From the NCBI GenBank assembly GCA_037310415.1, contig CP147780.1, positions 960,001-1,024,000 on the forward strand: 64,000 nucleotides of DNA, written 5' to 3'. Made by a program: the position numbers and the translations under genes. How positions within the stretch are numbered: position 1 is the first letter of the stretch; the number at the start of each line of letters is the position of its first letter. Below are positions 11,223 through 24,206 of the stretch, piece after piece. Origin of the DNA: Candidatus Atabeyarchaeum deiterrae (GTDB lineage Archaea; Asgardarchaeota; Atabeyarchaeia; Atabeyarchaeales; Atabeyarchaeaceae). The notes under the pieces are model-generated. The model was not told where the DNA came from, did not search any database, and saw nothing but the letters and a program-made list of their open reading frames with translations.

Positions 11223-12797
11223 CTATTCTTTTCTTCTCCCAGAGAAAAACGGTTTCATTGCTTCGTAGATATTCTCTATGATTAGTATTGGAGTCAGACT
11301 GTCTGCAACTTTCGAGTAGGCAATGTCCCCCGCCTTTCCACAGACAAATGCTGCTGCAGCAGCCGCCTCGAAAGGTGATTGCGTCCAAGATAAGAATGTC
11401 GCGGCTATACCTGAAAGAACATCGCCTACTCCGCCTTTGGCCATACCTGTGTTACCGGTGAAGTTAACCTTATGTTTCTGCCCATCAGTGATGACTGCCA
11501 AACCATTAGAGACTTTCAAAAGGACGGTGGCACCAAGTTTCCTCGTCTCTCCCAGTGCCGTATCCAAAACCTCGTCTAGCTCGTCGGTGCTAGATATCCC
11601 AGAACCGGTAAGTGTTTTGAATTCCCCTAGGTGAGGTGTAAGAATCACATTCATTCCTTTGATGGCTGACTTATTCTTAGAAAGCAGTTTCAATCCATCC
11701 GCGTCTATCACTGTAGGTTTCTTCTTGACAGCAATTCTCTTCAAGACTTCAGTGAAGGCTTTCTCAGTGTTCTCAGCTAGTCCCAATCCGGGACCAATTA
11801 CAGCTGATGTGGCCCAATCAAGTAGTTCGTCAACCACAGACACAGATTCCAGTGTTAGGGCTCTGCCATGCAAGTCTCTGACTATCAGCTCCGGGGAAAA
11901 ACTCCTGATGACATTTGACACAGATGATGGAGCTGCTACAATAGCGAGGCCCGCACCGGTCCTCAGGGCGGCCAGAGCGGAGAAACAAGGAGCCCCTGAG
12001 TACTGATCGCTGCCACCGACAATCAGAATCCTGCCATAGTCGTTCTTATGAAGAATCTTTTGTCTTGGCTTAACGGCATGTCTGACGTCACCAGGTCCAA
12101 CAACTAGTTCGGCTTCAACAGGGATGCCAATCCCTCTGACCACTAGTTCACCAGTATATTCTTGGCATGCCGTAAGACCTTTCTTGGTTCTATGGAAGGT
12201 CACTGTTGCATTCGCTCGGACTGCAACATCCGTTACTTCTCCTGTGTCGGGATTTATGCCAGAGGGAATGTCAACAGCAACCTTCAATGCGCTGGAACTG
12301 TTTATCAAAGTTATTGCACTTGTTGTCGGCTCTCTGAGCTTTCCAGTGATTCCCGTTCCGAGGATTGCATCGATTATAACATTAGTTTCTCTGACTAGTT
12401 TCGCCACGCCACTTAGTTCAGACGAGTCTCTTATGACATGTCTCTTTATGCTGAAAACCATTTTCTCAGTTGCAGCGTAGTTCTGAGCGGCCTCAGTAGT
12501 ACGTATGTCCTTTGGTGAGCCGAGTAATACTACATCAACGAATGCACCCGCATGTGCCAAGTGTCTCGCTGCGACGAAACCGTCTCCACCATTGTTTCCA
12601 GTCCCTGCGAACAAAAGAATTCTTTTTCCTTTGACGTCGTTGTGCAGCTTGTCCAAGACTAAGTTGGCCACCTCTTTGCCCGCATTCTCCATCAAGCAGA
12701 GTTTCGAAACTCCAAGATATTCAGAGTTCTCATCAAGGATAGCAACTTCATCGGACGTCATATCTTCGCCGCTCGGGCGACTGGTCCCTCTCGACAT
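11223..12797 (-). CDS. nnr: Bifunctional NAD(P)H-hydrate epimerase/dehydratase
   Basis: LMENAG, GTGNNGGDG, DIPSG; dehydratase GGSDQYSGA, IDADG, TPHLGEF, GGVGDVLSG. Start ATG 12797 after GGAGG. Confidence 0.95.
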   Translation of the reverse strand: MSRGTSRPSGEDMTSDEVAILDENSEYLGVSKLCLMENAGKEVANLVLDKLHNDVKGKRILLFAGTGNNGGDGFVAARHLAHAGAFVDVVLLGSPKDIRTTEAAQNYAATEKMVFSIKRHVIRDSSELSGVAKLVRETNVIIDAILGTGITGKLREPTTSAITLINSSSALKVAVDIPSGINPDTGEVTDVAVRANATVTFHRTKKGLTACQEYTGELVVRGIGIPVEAELVVGPGDVRHAVKPRQKILHKNDYGRILIVGGSDQYSGAPCFSALAALRTGAGLAIVAAPSSVSNVIRSFSPELIVRDLHGRALTLESVSVVDELLDWATSAVIGPGLGLAENTEKAFTEVLKRIAVKKKPTVIDADGLKLLSKNKSAIKGMNVILTPHLGEFKTLTGSGISSTDELDEVLDTALGETRKLGATVLLKVSNGLAVITDGQKHKVNFTGNTGMAKGGVGDVLSGIAATFLSWTQSPFEAAAAAAFVCGKAGDIAYSKVADSLTPILIIENIYEAMKPFFSGRRKE

Positions 12798-12890
12798 GAT
12801 TGGAAACCCTCCAAGGGTAAGCTCGTCAATATTATACCTGCTATGTAATGCATCCCAGAAAAGCCTTTTCATATGGCGAAACAGGGACGG

Positions 12891-13709
12891 TTAGACGGTC
12901 TGCTTTTCCGTTCTTCTCTTCATTGAATAGAGTAATTCATTCTTATGGATCATGAATCCTTCATCTCTGTGCTTAACATACACGTCAGTAAGTCGAGTCG
13001 CATCGGCCAGATTCATCAGAACTCTCGGTGAAGGAGATTTGATCCTTCTGATGTTCTCGTCACATGCATGCTCAGGGACGAATTCCTGAAGCGTGTAGCT
13101 CGCAGTGTTCTTTGAAGCTCTTGCTTCATAGTTCAGAGATCTTAGGATCTCTCCTATGCTGGTGAACTCGTGTGCCCTGTCGTTGAGAGTCGGAATGACT
13201 GTCGTTCTGAGATCCAGATAGATTTCGTCGTGCTTCATTAATTCCTCAAGGCTTTGGAGGGTATTGGCTGCTATATCCTTGCCTTTGCCAGGCAAACCAA
13301 TCATCTTTTCCATTGAATCGGGGTTTGTTGGAGATGCTTTCAGATCCAAGGAGACTAGGTCAGACCAGGTGATCAGCTCCTTGATGACTTGATGCAAGAA
13401 TCCATTCGTGTCAAAACCGAATAGCAGCCCCCTACTATGGCTATACTTGCTGACTTCCTTGAGGAACTCTGGGTACAGAGTAGGTTCTCCACCAGTGACT
13501 TTGACGGCCTCGATTGTTGGGTTCGCCCGATCGATGAATCTGAATACGTCCTCTATCTCCTTCTCGTACTCTGGTTTCATCTCAAGTATGTTCCAGTTCT
13601 GGCAAGAGGGGCACCTATAGTTGCACAAAGGGGTGAAAATGACAGCAGCTGGTCTCTTGGGATAGTCAACTGAGCTTAAGTCAAGAAGCCCGGCAACAAA
13701 CACTTTCAT
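12891..13709 (-). CDS. nrdG: Anaerobic ribonucleotide reductase activating radical SAM enzyme
   Basis: SSVDYP, CNYRCPSCQN, TGGEPT, DTNG. Start ATG 13709 after GGAGG. Confidence 0.88.
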   Translation of the reverse strand: MKVFVAGLLDLSSVDYPKRPAAVIFTPLCNYRCPSCQNWNILEMKPEYEKEIEDVFRFIDRANPTIEAVKVTGGEPTLYPEFLKEVSKYSHSRGLLFGFDTNGFLHQVIKELITWSDLVSLDLKASPTNPDSMEKMIGLPGKGKDIAANTLQSLEELMKHDEIYLDLRTTVIPTLNDRAHEFTSIGEILRSLNYEARASKNTASYTLQEFVPEHACDENIRRIKSPSPRVLMNLADATRLTDVYVKHRDEGFMIHKNELLYSMKRRTEKQTV

Positions 13710-13773
13710 GACTTCTCCTCCTAGGCAGAGGATTTTCCGAGAAGTAAGAGAGAGCAACGATCTCTGGCGGTTA

Positions 13774-14562
13774 TCATGTGTAAATATAGACTGGGCTGTT
13801 CTTCAGCTCCTGTTGCTTGGCTTTGTCTGTGTGCTCAGCGAGTTCACGTAACTGTTTCTTCACGGTTTTGGCTTCGTTAATTAAGGCTTGCACATCTGTA
13901 TTCACGCCTCGCACTTTGCCAAGTACTTTGACCACTTCGGCGGCAGACGCAGGGTCTGGAACCTGTTCCGTTGCTTCTACGAGGAGACATATTCCATTTA
14001 GTTCTCTTGTCAGACACTCATTCATTACAGCTCCTGGCAGTCCCCCGAGGAACCCTATGGGTAGTCTTGGTATATCGTGTTTCTCCAATTCGTTCAGTAT
14101 TTCAGGTTCAGCGACTCCGTAGACCACTTTCTTCCCTTCTTGTTCTTGCTGCTTAGCAAAGCCTTCTACGCATATCAGCTCGGCAGCGCCCTTCTTCTGC
14201 GCCCATTCACATATAGTGTAAGCGAAGTAAGGCAGTGACACATTTGGAAGTGGGACCTCAGACATTATTGTCACGAGTTTGCCATCTTTTGTCGAGTGTA
14301 TTCTGATCGGAGCTCTAAGCACTCCACCATAGAAAGGTGTTACTGGTGGCGTGAAAGGGGACCTAATTGTTCCAACTGGCTTCATGTTCAACATAGATAC
14401 AAGATGGTGAGTCACTATGGTGCCAATGAGCCCAGGTCCTGGGAAACCGACAATTACAATAGGCCGATCGAGAGTGGTCTCCTTGGTCTCGATTATCTCA
14501 GCGCCTTTTGATATGTCTGCAGGGAAAGCCATCATGATAGTCACTCCTTGAGTTGGCGACAA
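13774..14562 (-). CDS. PAC2-family proteasome assembly chaperone
   Basis: VGFPGPGLIGTI, PIRI, GLPGAV, PDPASAAEV. Confidence 0.9.
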   Translation of the reverse strand: MSPTQGVTIMMAFPADISKGAEIIETKETTLDRPIVIVGFPGPGLIGTIVTHHLVSMLNMKPVGTIRSPFTPPVTPFYGGVLRAPIRIHSTKDGKLVTIMSEVPLPNVSLPYFAYTICEWAQKKGAAELICVEGFAKQQEQEGKKVVYGVAEPEILNELEKHDIPRLPIGFLGGLPGAVMNECLTRELNGICLLVEATEQVPDPASAAEVVKVLGKVRGVNTDVQALINEAKTVKKQLRELAEHTDKAKQQELKNSPVYIYT

Positions 14563-14656
14563 TATTATCTACTATTTACGGGCATATCAGTTGTTGATAG
14601 ATATATAGGAGACAGCTCTGGATTTAAGATAGAACCCTCATGATCCGCATCTCGTT

Positions 14657-15232
14657 TTGACAGGGGTGCATTATAACCTAATGTCACTCGAAGGCGAGTC
14701 AGATCAGGAAGATGTTAACGTCCCATTTGTATCGTCCTCTGAACTCGTCATACGTAAGATGCTTGAGATGGTCAAACTTCGACCAGAAGACATTCTTATC
14801 GACTTGGGATGTGGCAAGGGTAAGGTCATAGTAATGGCATCACAGGATTTCGGAGCAAGTTGCATCGGAATTGAGAGGCGAGAAGACCTAGTAGTTGAAG
14901 CTGGCAAAGCAATAAGAGATCTGGGCCTCTCTCGTCGGGCAGCAGTAGTACGCGGTGATATCTTCTCATTTGACTTGAGGAACGCAGATGTAGTAATATG
15001 CTATCTCCTTACAGTCATAAATAAGAAACTTGAACCGAAAATTGAGAAGGAACTTAAACTTGACGCAAGACTGATCAGTCATGATTTTGAATTCCCAGAC
15101 TGGAAGCCGAGTCAGTTCACGATGCTTCATGAGGGTTGGCTTGACCACAAAATATACCTCTATAGGAAGGAAAGCTGGAGTAGTTTCAAGAAGAAGAGTG
15201 GCGAACCAGAACCCGCTTGGAGATCGCTATGA
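14657..15232 (+). CDS. Class I SAM-dependent methyltransferase (archaeal protein-lysine methyltransferase-like)
   Basis: VPFVSS..VIRKML, DLGCGKG, ADVVICYL, ISHDF; true start probably near 14681. Confidence 0.85.
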   Translation: MTGVHYNLMSLEGESDQEDVNVPFVSSSELVIRKMLEMVKLRPEDILIDLGCGKGKVIVMASQDFGASCIGIERREDLVVEAGKAIRDLGLSRRAAVVRGDIFSFDLRNADVVICYLLTVINKKLEPKIEKELKLDARLISHDFEFPDWKPSQFTMLHEGWLDHKIYLYRKESWSSFKKKSGEPEPAWRSL

Positions 15233-15261
15233 TATGAACTTGGTTCTTTGGTCTCGCTTGC

Positions 15262-16767
15262 CTAGCTTACCTTTCCCAGCAGCATTCCTTCGACAGTGAT
15301 TGGTTCTATTTTCATCGTTAGGGCCTGAGCCTCAGAGAGCTTCCCTTCGCTCTCAGCGTAAATCTCGATCAGAGGATCACCTTTCTTAACAATGTAACCC
15401 CTTTTGGCATGCAGCTTTATTCCCGCGCCTTTATCGATCGGAGCTCCAGCCGCTCGAGCTATGCTCTTAATCGCTTCGTTGTCCACGCTGACGACATACC
15501 CATCTGCAGGGGACATTATCTTCACTCGGTGATCCCCGATCGAAATGTCAGCAGGCTTGACGTGGGGATTCCCCCCTTGTGCCTCTATAATCTCCCTCAT
15601 TTTCTCCAAGGCCTTGCCGGAGGTGAGTATCTCTTTTGCCATCTCCTGACCATGCCCTCTCGGCGTCGTGCCACTCATTTCCAGTAGAACCCCGGCCAAT
15701 GCGGTCGATTTCTCGATTAGACTTGTTGGCCCATTCCCTCCTAGTGCCTCAAGAGCCTCTTTAGCTTCTAAAGCGGGCCCGACAGTGTGGCCCACTGGTT
15801 GTTCACCGTAGGTAATGCCACACTCGATCTTAACACCGAATTTCTGTCCGAGTTCAACGAACTCTCTTCCAAGTGTTCGACCTTCCTCAATGTTCTCGAC
15901 TTTAGTGCCATGTCCCACAGGAAGGTCGAGTGCCAAGAAATCTACCCCCACTGCAAGTTTCTTGGCCATGATTGAGGCCATCATTTGTGCCTTCGGGTTG
16001 ATCTGGAGAGAATACTCAACGCGCATAAACAAATCGTCCGCCGGGGCCAGATTTAGCGATCCTCCCCAAACGATTACTCCACGTGTCTTTTTTACTATCT
16101 TCTTTAGCTCCTCGGTTCCGAAAGAAATGGGAGCCAGCACACTCATACTATCAGCTGTTCCAGAGGGAGAAGTTATTGCTTTGCTGCTTGTCTTGGGTAT
16201 GAGAAGGCCCGTTGACGCAACAATTGGCACGATCAGCAAGCTAACCTTATTCCCTGGGACACCACCTATAGAATGCTTGTCGTAAGCGGGTTCCTCAAAA
16301 TCGATAACCTCGCCACTTCCAACTATAGCGTCGGTTAGGGATTTGACTTCGTTTAAATCAAATCCTTCGTAGTGTTGAGCAAACAGGAATCCCGCTATTT
16401 CCAAGTCGCTTAGGTTGCCAGTCATAACGTCCTTGACTATGGTTTTTATTTCATCTTTTGCCAGTTTGACTCCCTTCATCTTCTTCCTGATAAAGCCAGT
16501 CGATTCGGGAGCTTCAGTAAGAACTACACCAATTGATTCGCCGTCATGTACACTTAGTTCTGACTGAACATTTCCATATACTCCGACATAGCCTGGGTCA
16601 ATGAATGACTTTGTTGTCTCTACAATAGCGACAATCCTTCTGGCACCAACGCGCAGTGTAACGCGATCGTATACATTGATTCCTTCCTTATCAGCGTCAA
16701 ATACATTCAACAGTGCTTCTCTCTTGTTGGAGACAATGTCAAGGACTTTAGCTCTCAATTCCACCAT
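15262..16767 (-). CDS. AMP phosphorylase
   Basis: DKHSIGGVPGNK, PKTSSKAITSPSGTAD; start ATG 16767. Confidence 0.95.
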   Translation of the reverse strand: MVELRAKVLDIVSNKREALLNVFDADKEGINVYDRVTLRVGARRIVAIVETTKSFIDPGYVGVYGNVQSELSVHDGESIGVVLTEAPESTGFIRKKMKGVKLAKDEIKTIVKDVMTGNLSDLEIAGFLFAQHYEGFDLNEVKSLTDAIVGSGEVIDFEEPAYDKHSIGGVPGNKVSLLIVPIVASTGLLIPKTSSKAITSPSGTADSMSVLAPISFGTEELKKIVKKTRGVIVWGGSLNLAPADDLFMRVEYSLQINPKAQMMASIMAKKLAVGVDFLALDLPVGHGTKVENIEEGRTLGREFVELGQKFGVKIECGITYGEQPVGHTVGPALEAKEALEALGGNGPTSLIEKSTALAGVLLEMSGTTPRGHGQEMAKEILTSGKALEKMREIIEAQGGNPHVKPADISIGDHRVKIMSPADGYVVSVDNEAIKSIARAAGAPIDKGAGIKLHAKRGYIVKKGDPLIEIYAESEGKLSEAQALTMKIEPITVEGMLLGKVS

Positions 16768-16847
16768 TTGTATTTCCCCCAATAGGATGCAGTCTGCAGA
16801 AAAGAGGTTACAGTTGCCCGTATTACTTACTCTCATAGATGATCTTA

Positions 16848-17768
16848 TTAATGCTCCTTGGATTCCTCGATATACCTCTCGGCCAAGAATGCAGCAAGTG
16901 CTCCGTCTCCCACGGCGGTGGCGACCTGCCTCAGGAGCTTTGCTCGGCAATCCCCTGCTGCAAAAACACCTCTCATTGATGTTTCCAGATTCTCGTTGGT
17001 TACTATGAACTTGTTTTCGTCTTTTTTGACATCAATGAATTCTGTGTTTGGGCTATTTCCTGCGTATAGGAAAACACCGTTTACATCAAGTTTTCTCTTC
17101 TTTTCGTCCTTCACATTTCTAACGATGACAGCCTCGACTCTTTCATTTCCGATGATCTCCTCTACAACGGAATCCCACACGAGCTCGATTTTTGGATTGG
17201 ATAATGCACGCTCTTGGGTCACCTTTTCCGCTCTTAGCTGAGCTCTCCGATGTATCATGTACACTTTTCTTGCGAGTCTAGATAGAAATAACGCTTCTTG
17301 AACGGCCGAGTTACCTCCCCCGACCACGCACACATCCTTGTTTTGAAAGAATCGACCATCGCACACAGCGCAAAAAGACACTCCCCTCCCAATGAGGTTC
17401 TCTTCTCCCTTGACTCCCAATCGCTTTGGCTGGGTTCCAGATGCAACTATGACGCTTCGAGTCACGTAGTCCTCCTCTGTTGTCTTGACGGTTTTCGTGC
17501 TTCCCTTATCCACGATCTGTAATACTTGCGAATTAATGATGTCTACTCCGAGCTTCCTTGCATGCGCTTCCATCAGGTTAGCTAGGTCTTGACCGCCGAT
17601 CTCAGGGAACCCAGGATAGTTTTCCATGGCATCGGTGAGTGCTATCTGACCGCCAGGAGCTAGTTTCTCGATCAAAAGAGTTTTGAGTTTAGCTCTCTCG
17701 GCATAAATGCTTGCAGTCAAGCCTGCGGGGCCTCCTCCGACAATGATTAGATCAAAGACATTAGACAT
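16848..17768 (-). CDS. trxB: Thioredoxin reductase
   Basis: GGGPAGLTA, CAVCDG, GGGNSA, FAAGD; start ATG 17768. Confidence 0.96.
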   Translation of the reverse strand: MSNVFDLIIVGGGPAGLTASIYAERAKLKTLLIEKLAPGGQIALTDAMENYPGFPEIGGQDLANLMEAHARKLGVDIINSQVLQIVDKGSTKTVKTTEEDYVTRSVIVASGTQPKRLGVKGEENLIGRGVSFCAVCDGRFFQNKDVCVVGGGNSAVQEALFLSRLARKVYMIHRRAQLRAEKVTQERALSNPKIELVWDSVVEEIIGNERVEAVIVRNVKDEKKRKLDVNGVFLYAGNSPNTEFIDVKKDENKFIVTNENLETSMRGVFAAGDCRAKLLRQVATAVGDGALAAFLAERYIEESKEH

Positions 17769-17970
17769 TGCCTTAACCCATCCGAATTGCCTTTTTCTTG
17801 AGCACCCGTGTACCAGTTTGCGGTACTCCAATCACTGCCAGTATCGAAATCTGAAAAGTAGCATTCCCCCAAGTGCTAAATACTTGTTTGATCGCGGCTT
17901 CCCAAAAAGAAGGAAAGCCAAGTTAAAATCACTTTTGGATTCAGAGGTATTATGCCAAATTGGTGACCGT

Positions 17971-18444
17971 TTAACTGCCGACGAGGGTTTCCTCGGTACT
18001 CTCCGGCAGGTTCTCCTTGGTAATCGAGTATTGGCCCATGACGGTTTCCTTGACGTAGATCGGGCATCCTGCCCTGACTGCCACTGCGATACAGTCGCTC
18101 GGTCTTGCGTCGATGATAGTATTGGCTCCAACCACTTGAAGTGCAAGCCTTCCTATGTATATGCCGTTGATTACGTCAATGATGCTGACATTCTCAACGG
18201 TGGTATTCAACTCCCTAAGAATAGAAATCACTAGGTCATGAGTACCTGGTCTCTGTGGTCTAGCCCTAAGCATTGCCATCTCGATTGATGCTGCTTCGCT
18301 CGGGCCTATGAAGATCGGGAGTATTCTTCCTTTGTTATCGGTGAGGAGAACAACTGGAGACGGTCCGCTTCTTGTTTGAGCAACATATACTCCTGTAACC
18401 GATACAGCAGTATTATCTTCTAATTCGCTTGGCAGTTTTTCCAC
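17971..18444 (-). CDS. Bifunctional nuclease (DUF151) family protein
   Basis: LPIFIGPSEA, RPGTHDL, DARPSDCIAVA. Confidence 0.92.
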   Translation of the reverse strand: MEKLPSELEDNTAVSVTGVYVAQTRSGPSPVVLLTDNKGRILPIFIGPSEAASIEMAMLRARPQRPGTHDLVISILRELNTTVENVSIIDVINGIYIGRLALQVVGANTIIDARPSDCIAVAVRAGCPIYVKETVMGQYSITKENLPESTEETLVGS

Positions 18445-18601
18445 CTTCGCTACTATCTACTACCTGTTCTTGAGAGACCCCCCTCAGGTTCCTGCGCGCA
18501 GACTATTCACTCAGCATCAAGTGGGTGGGTTTGTGAGTTCCGCGTTATCGACGGAAGCAATCGATGCTTATTTTAAGCTTTCTGCTATTTCGATGAGAAT
18601 T

Positions 18602-20893
<2,292 letters not shown>

Positions 20894-20927
20894 TTAACCT
20901 TATTCCTTAATGAGCGTTTAGTAAAGG

Positions 20928-21947
20928 TTGTCAGAGAAGCTGCTTCAGGAGGCGCGTAGCATGATTATGGGTGTGTCGGGGTCTGAAGGCGCAGGCAAAC
21001 TCGAGGAGTTGAGAAGTGAGCTAAATGAGCTGAAGAAACAAAGGAATGCAGTTATTCTCGCACATAACTATCAAAGACCTGAAGTGCAGGACATAGCCGA
21101 CTTCGTGGGAGACTCACTTGGACTATCAATCAGTGCGTCGAAAACAACAAGGGATATGATACTCTTCTGTGGCGTGGATTTCATGGCGGAGACGGCAAAA
21201 GTATTGAATCCAGAAAAAAAGGTTCTGATTCCAGATATTCGCTCTAGGTGTCCAATGGCTATGATGCTCAATGTTGAAACCCTTCGAAGTGCCAAGCGAT
21301 TAAACCCTGAGGCTGATGTGATTATGTATATCAATACTCACGCTGACGTGAAAACCGAGTGCGACTGTATTTGTACTTCCGCGAATGCTCCTGAGATAGT
21401 GAACCACTCGAGCAAAGACGCCGTTCTCTTCGGTCCAGATGTCAACTTGAGTTACTACGTTCAAAAAAGAACGTCTAAACAAATAATCACCGTTCCCGAA
21501 CGTGGCAACTGTCCTACACACCACCAAATATCACTTGAAGAAGTTCTCTTATCGAAAGAGGAAAACCCTGACGCAGTCATCTTAGCACATCCAGAGTGCA
21601 TTCCACAAATCCAAGATAGGGCAGACGTTATTGCAAGCACAGAAGGAATGATAAAGTATGTGAAAAGTTCCAAGAAAAGAGAATTCATAATTGCCACCGA
21701 GGTAGGGGTAGTTCACAGACTGAGGAAAGAGAATCCTGGGAGAATATTCATTCCCGCTTCGGAGTATGCCGTATGCCCGAATATGAAGATGCACACCTTG
21801 GATAAGATGGTGAGAGCACTAAGAGACGGGAAGCCAGAGATAATCCTACCAGATGAAGTAATCGAGAAAGCCAGAGCGCCACTGGACAAAATGCTGTCTA
21901 TCTCTGCAAAACTCCAGAGCAAACTAAGTCTCAATAAGAACACATGA
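20928..21947 (+). CDS. nadA: Quinolinate synthase
   Basis: LAHNYQ, GDSL, CGVDFMAET, HPEC, CPNMK. Confidence 0.96.
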   Translation: MSEKLLQEARSMIMGVSGSEGAGKLEELRSELNELKKQRNAVILAHNYQRPEVQDIADFVGDSLGLSISASKTTRDMILFCGVDFMAETAKVLNPEKKVLIPDIRSRCPMAMMLNVETLRSAKRLNPEADVIMYINTHADVKTECDCICTSANAPEIVNHSSKDAVLFGPDVNLSYYVQKRTSKQIITVPERGNCPTHHQISLEEVLLSKEENPDAVILAHPECIPQIQDRADVIASTEGMIKYVKSSKKREFIIATEVGVVHRLRKENPGRIFIPASEYAVCPNMKMHTLDKMVRALRDGKPEIILPDEVIEKARAPLDKMLSISAKLQSKLSLNKNT

Positions 21948-21988
21948 CACCAAATTCAAGGCTCTAATGCCGACACTGTCGATATTTG

Positions 21989-22498
21989 TCACCTGAATAC
22001 CAGTGAGATTCCATCGATAAGCAACTTTGGCTGAACGTTTCTTCTTTTCTTGATCAACTTCACAATTCCAGCCTTCCTCAGAATACGAAGATCCTCATAG
22101 TCGTTCTTGTTGTCTCTTTCGAGGTGGCTGGCTAAATGGCTGATGGATGTGAACTCAGCCTGCCCCATAATAGCGATCAACTTGAGTCGCTTCTCCGTGA
22201 AAACCTTCTCAATTGTGTGAGAGTCTAATGTCGAGTCCTCTTCTACGACATAATCGAGTTCCCCTCCTTCTTCATATGCTTGATAGGCCTGCATTAGCTC
22301 CCTCCACTCAGAAAGCAGACCTTTCACTTCCGTACCTTTTGTTTCAGTTTCTACTCGGCGATCGCCAAGATCGCTTGTATTAAGAATCTTTTCATACTCA
22401 CTAATTTTCCGAACCACTTCCTCAGGCGACAGCCGCCGCGCAATTCTAACCTTTACCGTCTTCCTAACACCCCACTCTACTTTGGCATAACACACCAA
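21989..22498 (-). CDS. Putative HTH DNA-binding protein (HVO_A0114-like C-terminal domain)
   Basis: VFTEKRLKLI...SISHLASHLERDNKNDYEDLRILRKAGIVKL; divergent from rtcB. Confidence 0.7.
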   Translation of the reverse strand: MVCYAKVEWGVRKTVKVRIARRLSPEEVVRKISEYEKILNTSDLGDRRVETETKGTEVKGLLSEWRELMQAYQAYEEGGELDYVVEEDSTLDSHTIEKVFTEKRLKLIAIMGQAEFTSISHLASHLERDNKNDYEDLRILRKAGIVKLIKKRRNVQPKLLIDGISLVFR

Positions 22499-22558
22499 AA
22501 AAACTTAAATCCTACCATTCGTTCATGAACAGTCCAGAAACAACTCTGCCAAGAGGGC

Positions 22559-24016
22559 TTGGAATTGTCGATTGCGAGTCAAGTCAAAAGACTGGATGAG
22601 GTGCGGTGGGAAATTCCCACATCGTACAAAAATGGTATGCGAGTTCCAGGAAGACTAATCATGAATGAGAAGATCCTGGCGGGTCTCGACAAAGGCGTGC
22701 TAGATCAATGCTCAAATGTTGCCACACTGCCCGGGATCTACAAGTACTCAATAGCCCTCCCAGACGCCCACTGGGGATATGGATATCCAATAGGTGGTGT
22801 TGCTGCTTTTGACATGAACAATGGTGTAGTTAGCCCGGGTGGAGTTGGCTATGACATAAACTGTGGAGTGAGGATTCTGACTACGAATCTCGACGAAAAG
22901 GATGTGAGGCCGAGGATTAAGGCGCTTACGTCGTCGGTTTTCAATAATGTGCCGAGCGGAGTCGGTGCCACGGGGAAAATAAGAATGGAGGCCAACAAGC
23001 TGGATGCGGTGCTTGAGGGTGGGGCTCATTGGGCTGTTGAGCAAGGTTACGGTTGGAAGGAGGACCTTGAGAGAACAGAGGAAAAAGGGTGCATGCAAGA
23101 AGCTGACGCGGCTAAAGTGAGTTCTAGGGCAAAGCAAAGAGGGTCTCCACAATTGGGAACACTAGGAAGTGGCAACCATTACTTGGAGACGCAAATCGTC
23201 GAGAAGATCTTCGATGAAAGGGCAGCCAAGATCATGGGCGTGACGCATATCGGGCAGGTGACGGTGATGATCCATACTGGGTCGAGGGGATGCGGACATC
23301 AGATAGCCAGTGACTACATACGGGTGATGGAAGGTGCGGCAGTGAGGTACAAGATAGCTCTTCCAGATAGGCAGCTGGCTTGTGCTCCTGTGAACTCCAA
23401 GGAGGGACTAGACTACCTCGCAGGTATGCGATGTGGTGCCAACTATGCTTGGGCTAATAGGCAGTGTATTGTTCATTGGGTGAGAGAAAGTTTCCAAAAA
23501 ATCTTTGCAGCGGACGCAGAGAAACTGGGACTGCACATGGTATACGATGTCGCGCACAACATAGCTAAAATCGAAAACCACGAGATTGATGGAAAAACAG
23601 TCAAGGTCTGTGTTCACCGAAAAGGCGCTACACGGAGCTTCGCACCAAAGCACCCTGATATACCATCCATTTACAGCGAGATAGGACAGCCCGTCTTAGT
23701 AGGGGGTAGTATGGGTACAGCCAGCTACATTTTGACTGGAACAAGTCAGGCGATGAAGGAAACGTGGGGCTCAACTTGTCACGGCGCGGGAAGAACTATG
23801 AGCAGGGCAGGGGCGACGCGCAAATTCTCCCCAAGAGACATAATGAGAAGATTAGAATCGCAAGGAATAGAAATCCAAGCAGCTTCACTCGGAGAGCTTG
23901 CAGAAGAGTCATCAGAGTCATACAAGAATGTCGACGATGTCGTCGATTCATGTGACCAAGCTGGCTTATCTAGGAAGATCGTCAGGCTTCGACCTCTCTC
24001 GGTGATTAAGGGTTGA
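22559..24016 (+). CDS. rtcB: RNA-splicing ligase RtcB
   Basis: PDAHWGYG, GYDINCG, GTLGSGNHY, HTGSRG, HRKGAT, HGAGR. Confidence 0.98.
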   Translation: MELSIASQVKRLDEVRWEIPTSYKNGMRVPGRLIMNEKILAGLDKGVLDQCSNVATLPGIYKYSIALPDAHWGYGYPIGGVAAFDMNNGVVSPGGVGYDINCGVRILTTNLDEKDVRPRIKALTSSVFNNVPSGVGATGKIRMEANKLDAVLEGGAHWAVEQGYGWKEDLERTEEKGCMQEADAAKVSSRAKQRGSPQLGTLGSGNHYLETQIVEKIFDERAAKIMGVTHIGQVTVMIHTGSRGCGHQIASDYIRVMEGAAVRYKIALPDRQLACAPVNSKEGLDYLAGMRCGANYAWANRQCIVHWVRESFQKIFAADAEKLGLHMVYDVAHNIAKIENHEIDGKTVKVCVHRKGATRSFAPKHPDIPSIYSEIGQPVLVGGSMGTASYILTGTSQAMKETWGSTCHGAGRTMSRAGATRKFSPRDIMRRLESQGIEIQAASLGELAEESSESYKNVDDVVDSCDQAGLSRKIVRLRPLSVIKG

Positions 24017-24024
24017 TAAAAGCT

Positions 24025-24041
24025 AGTGGTGCGCCACCACT
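24025..24041 (+). terminator. Hairpin immediately after rtcB
   Basis: AGTGGTG-CGC-CACCACT, a perfect 7-bp stem 8 nt after the stop. Confidence 0.35.
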
Positions 24042-24206
24042 CTGTCTCCAATGATCCTCAAACGGGAAACAGATCACGACGGAAATCACGAACTGGAAAT
24101 GGTTCTAAGAAGGTTATATTCCAAGTAGGGGAGTTCAGCAATGCTTTGAGAAGTTCAGACTCTCCATAGTTGGGGCACCGACTTAACAAAATCGAAACCT
24201 GATGCA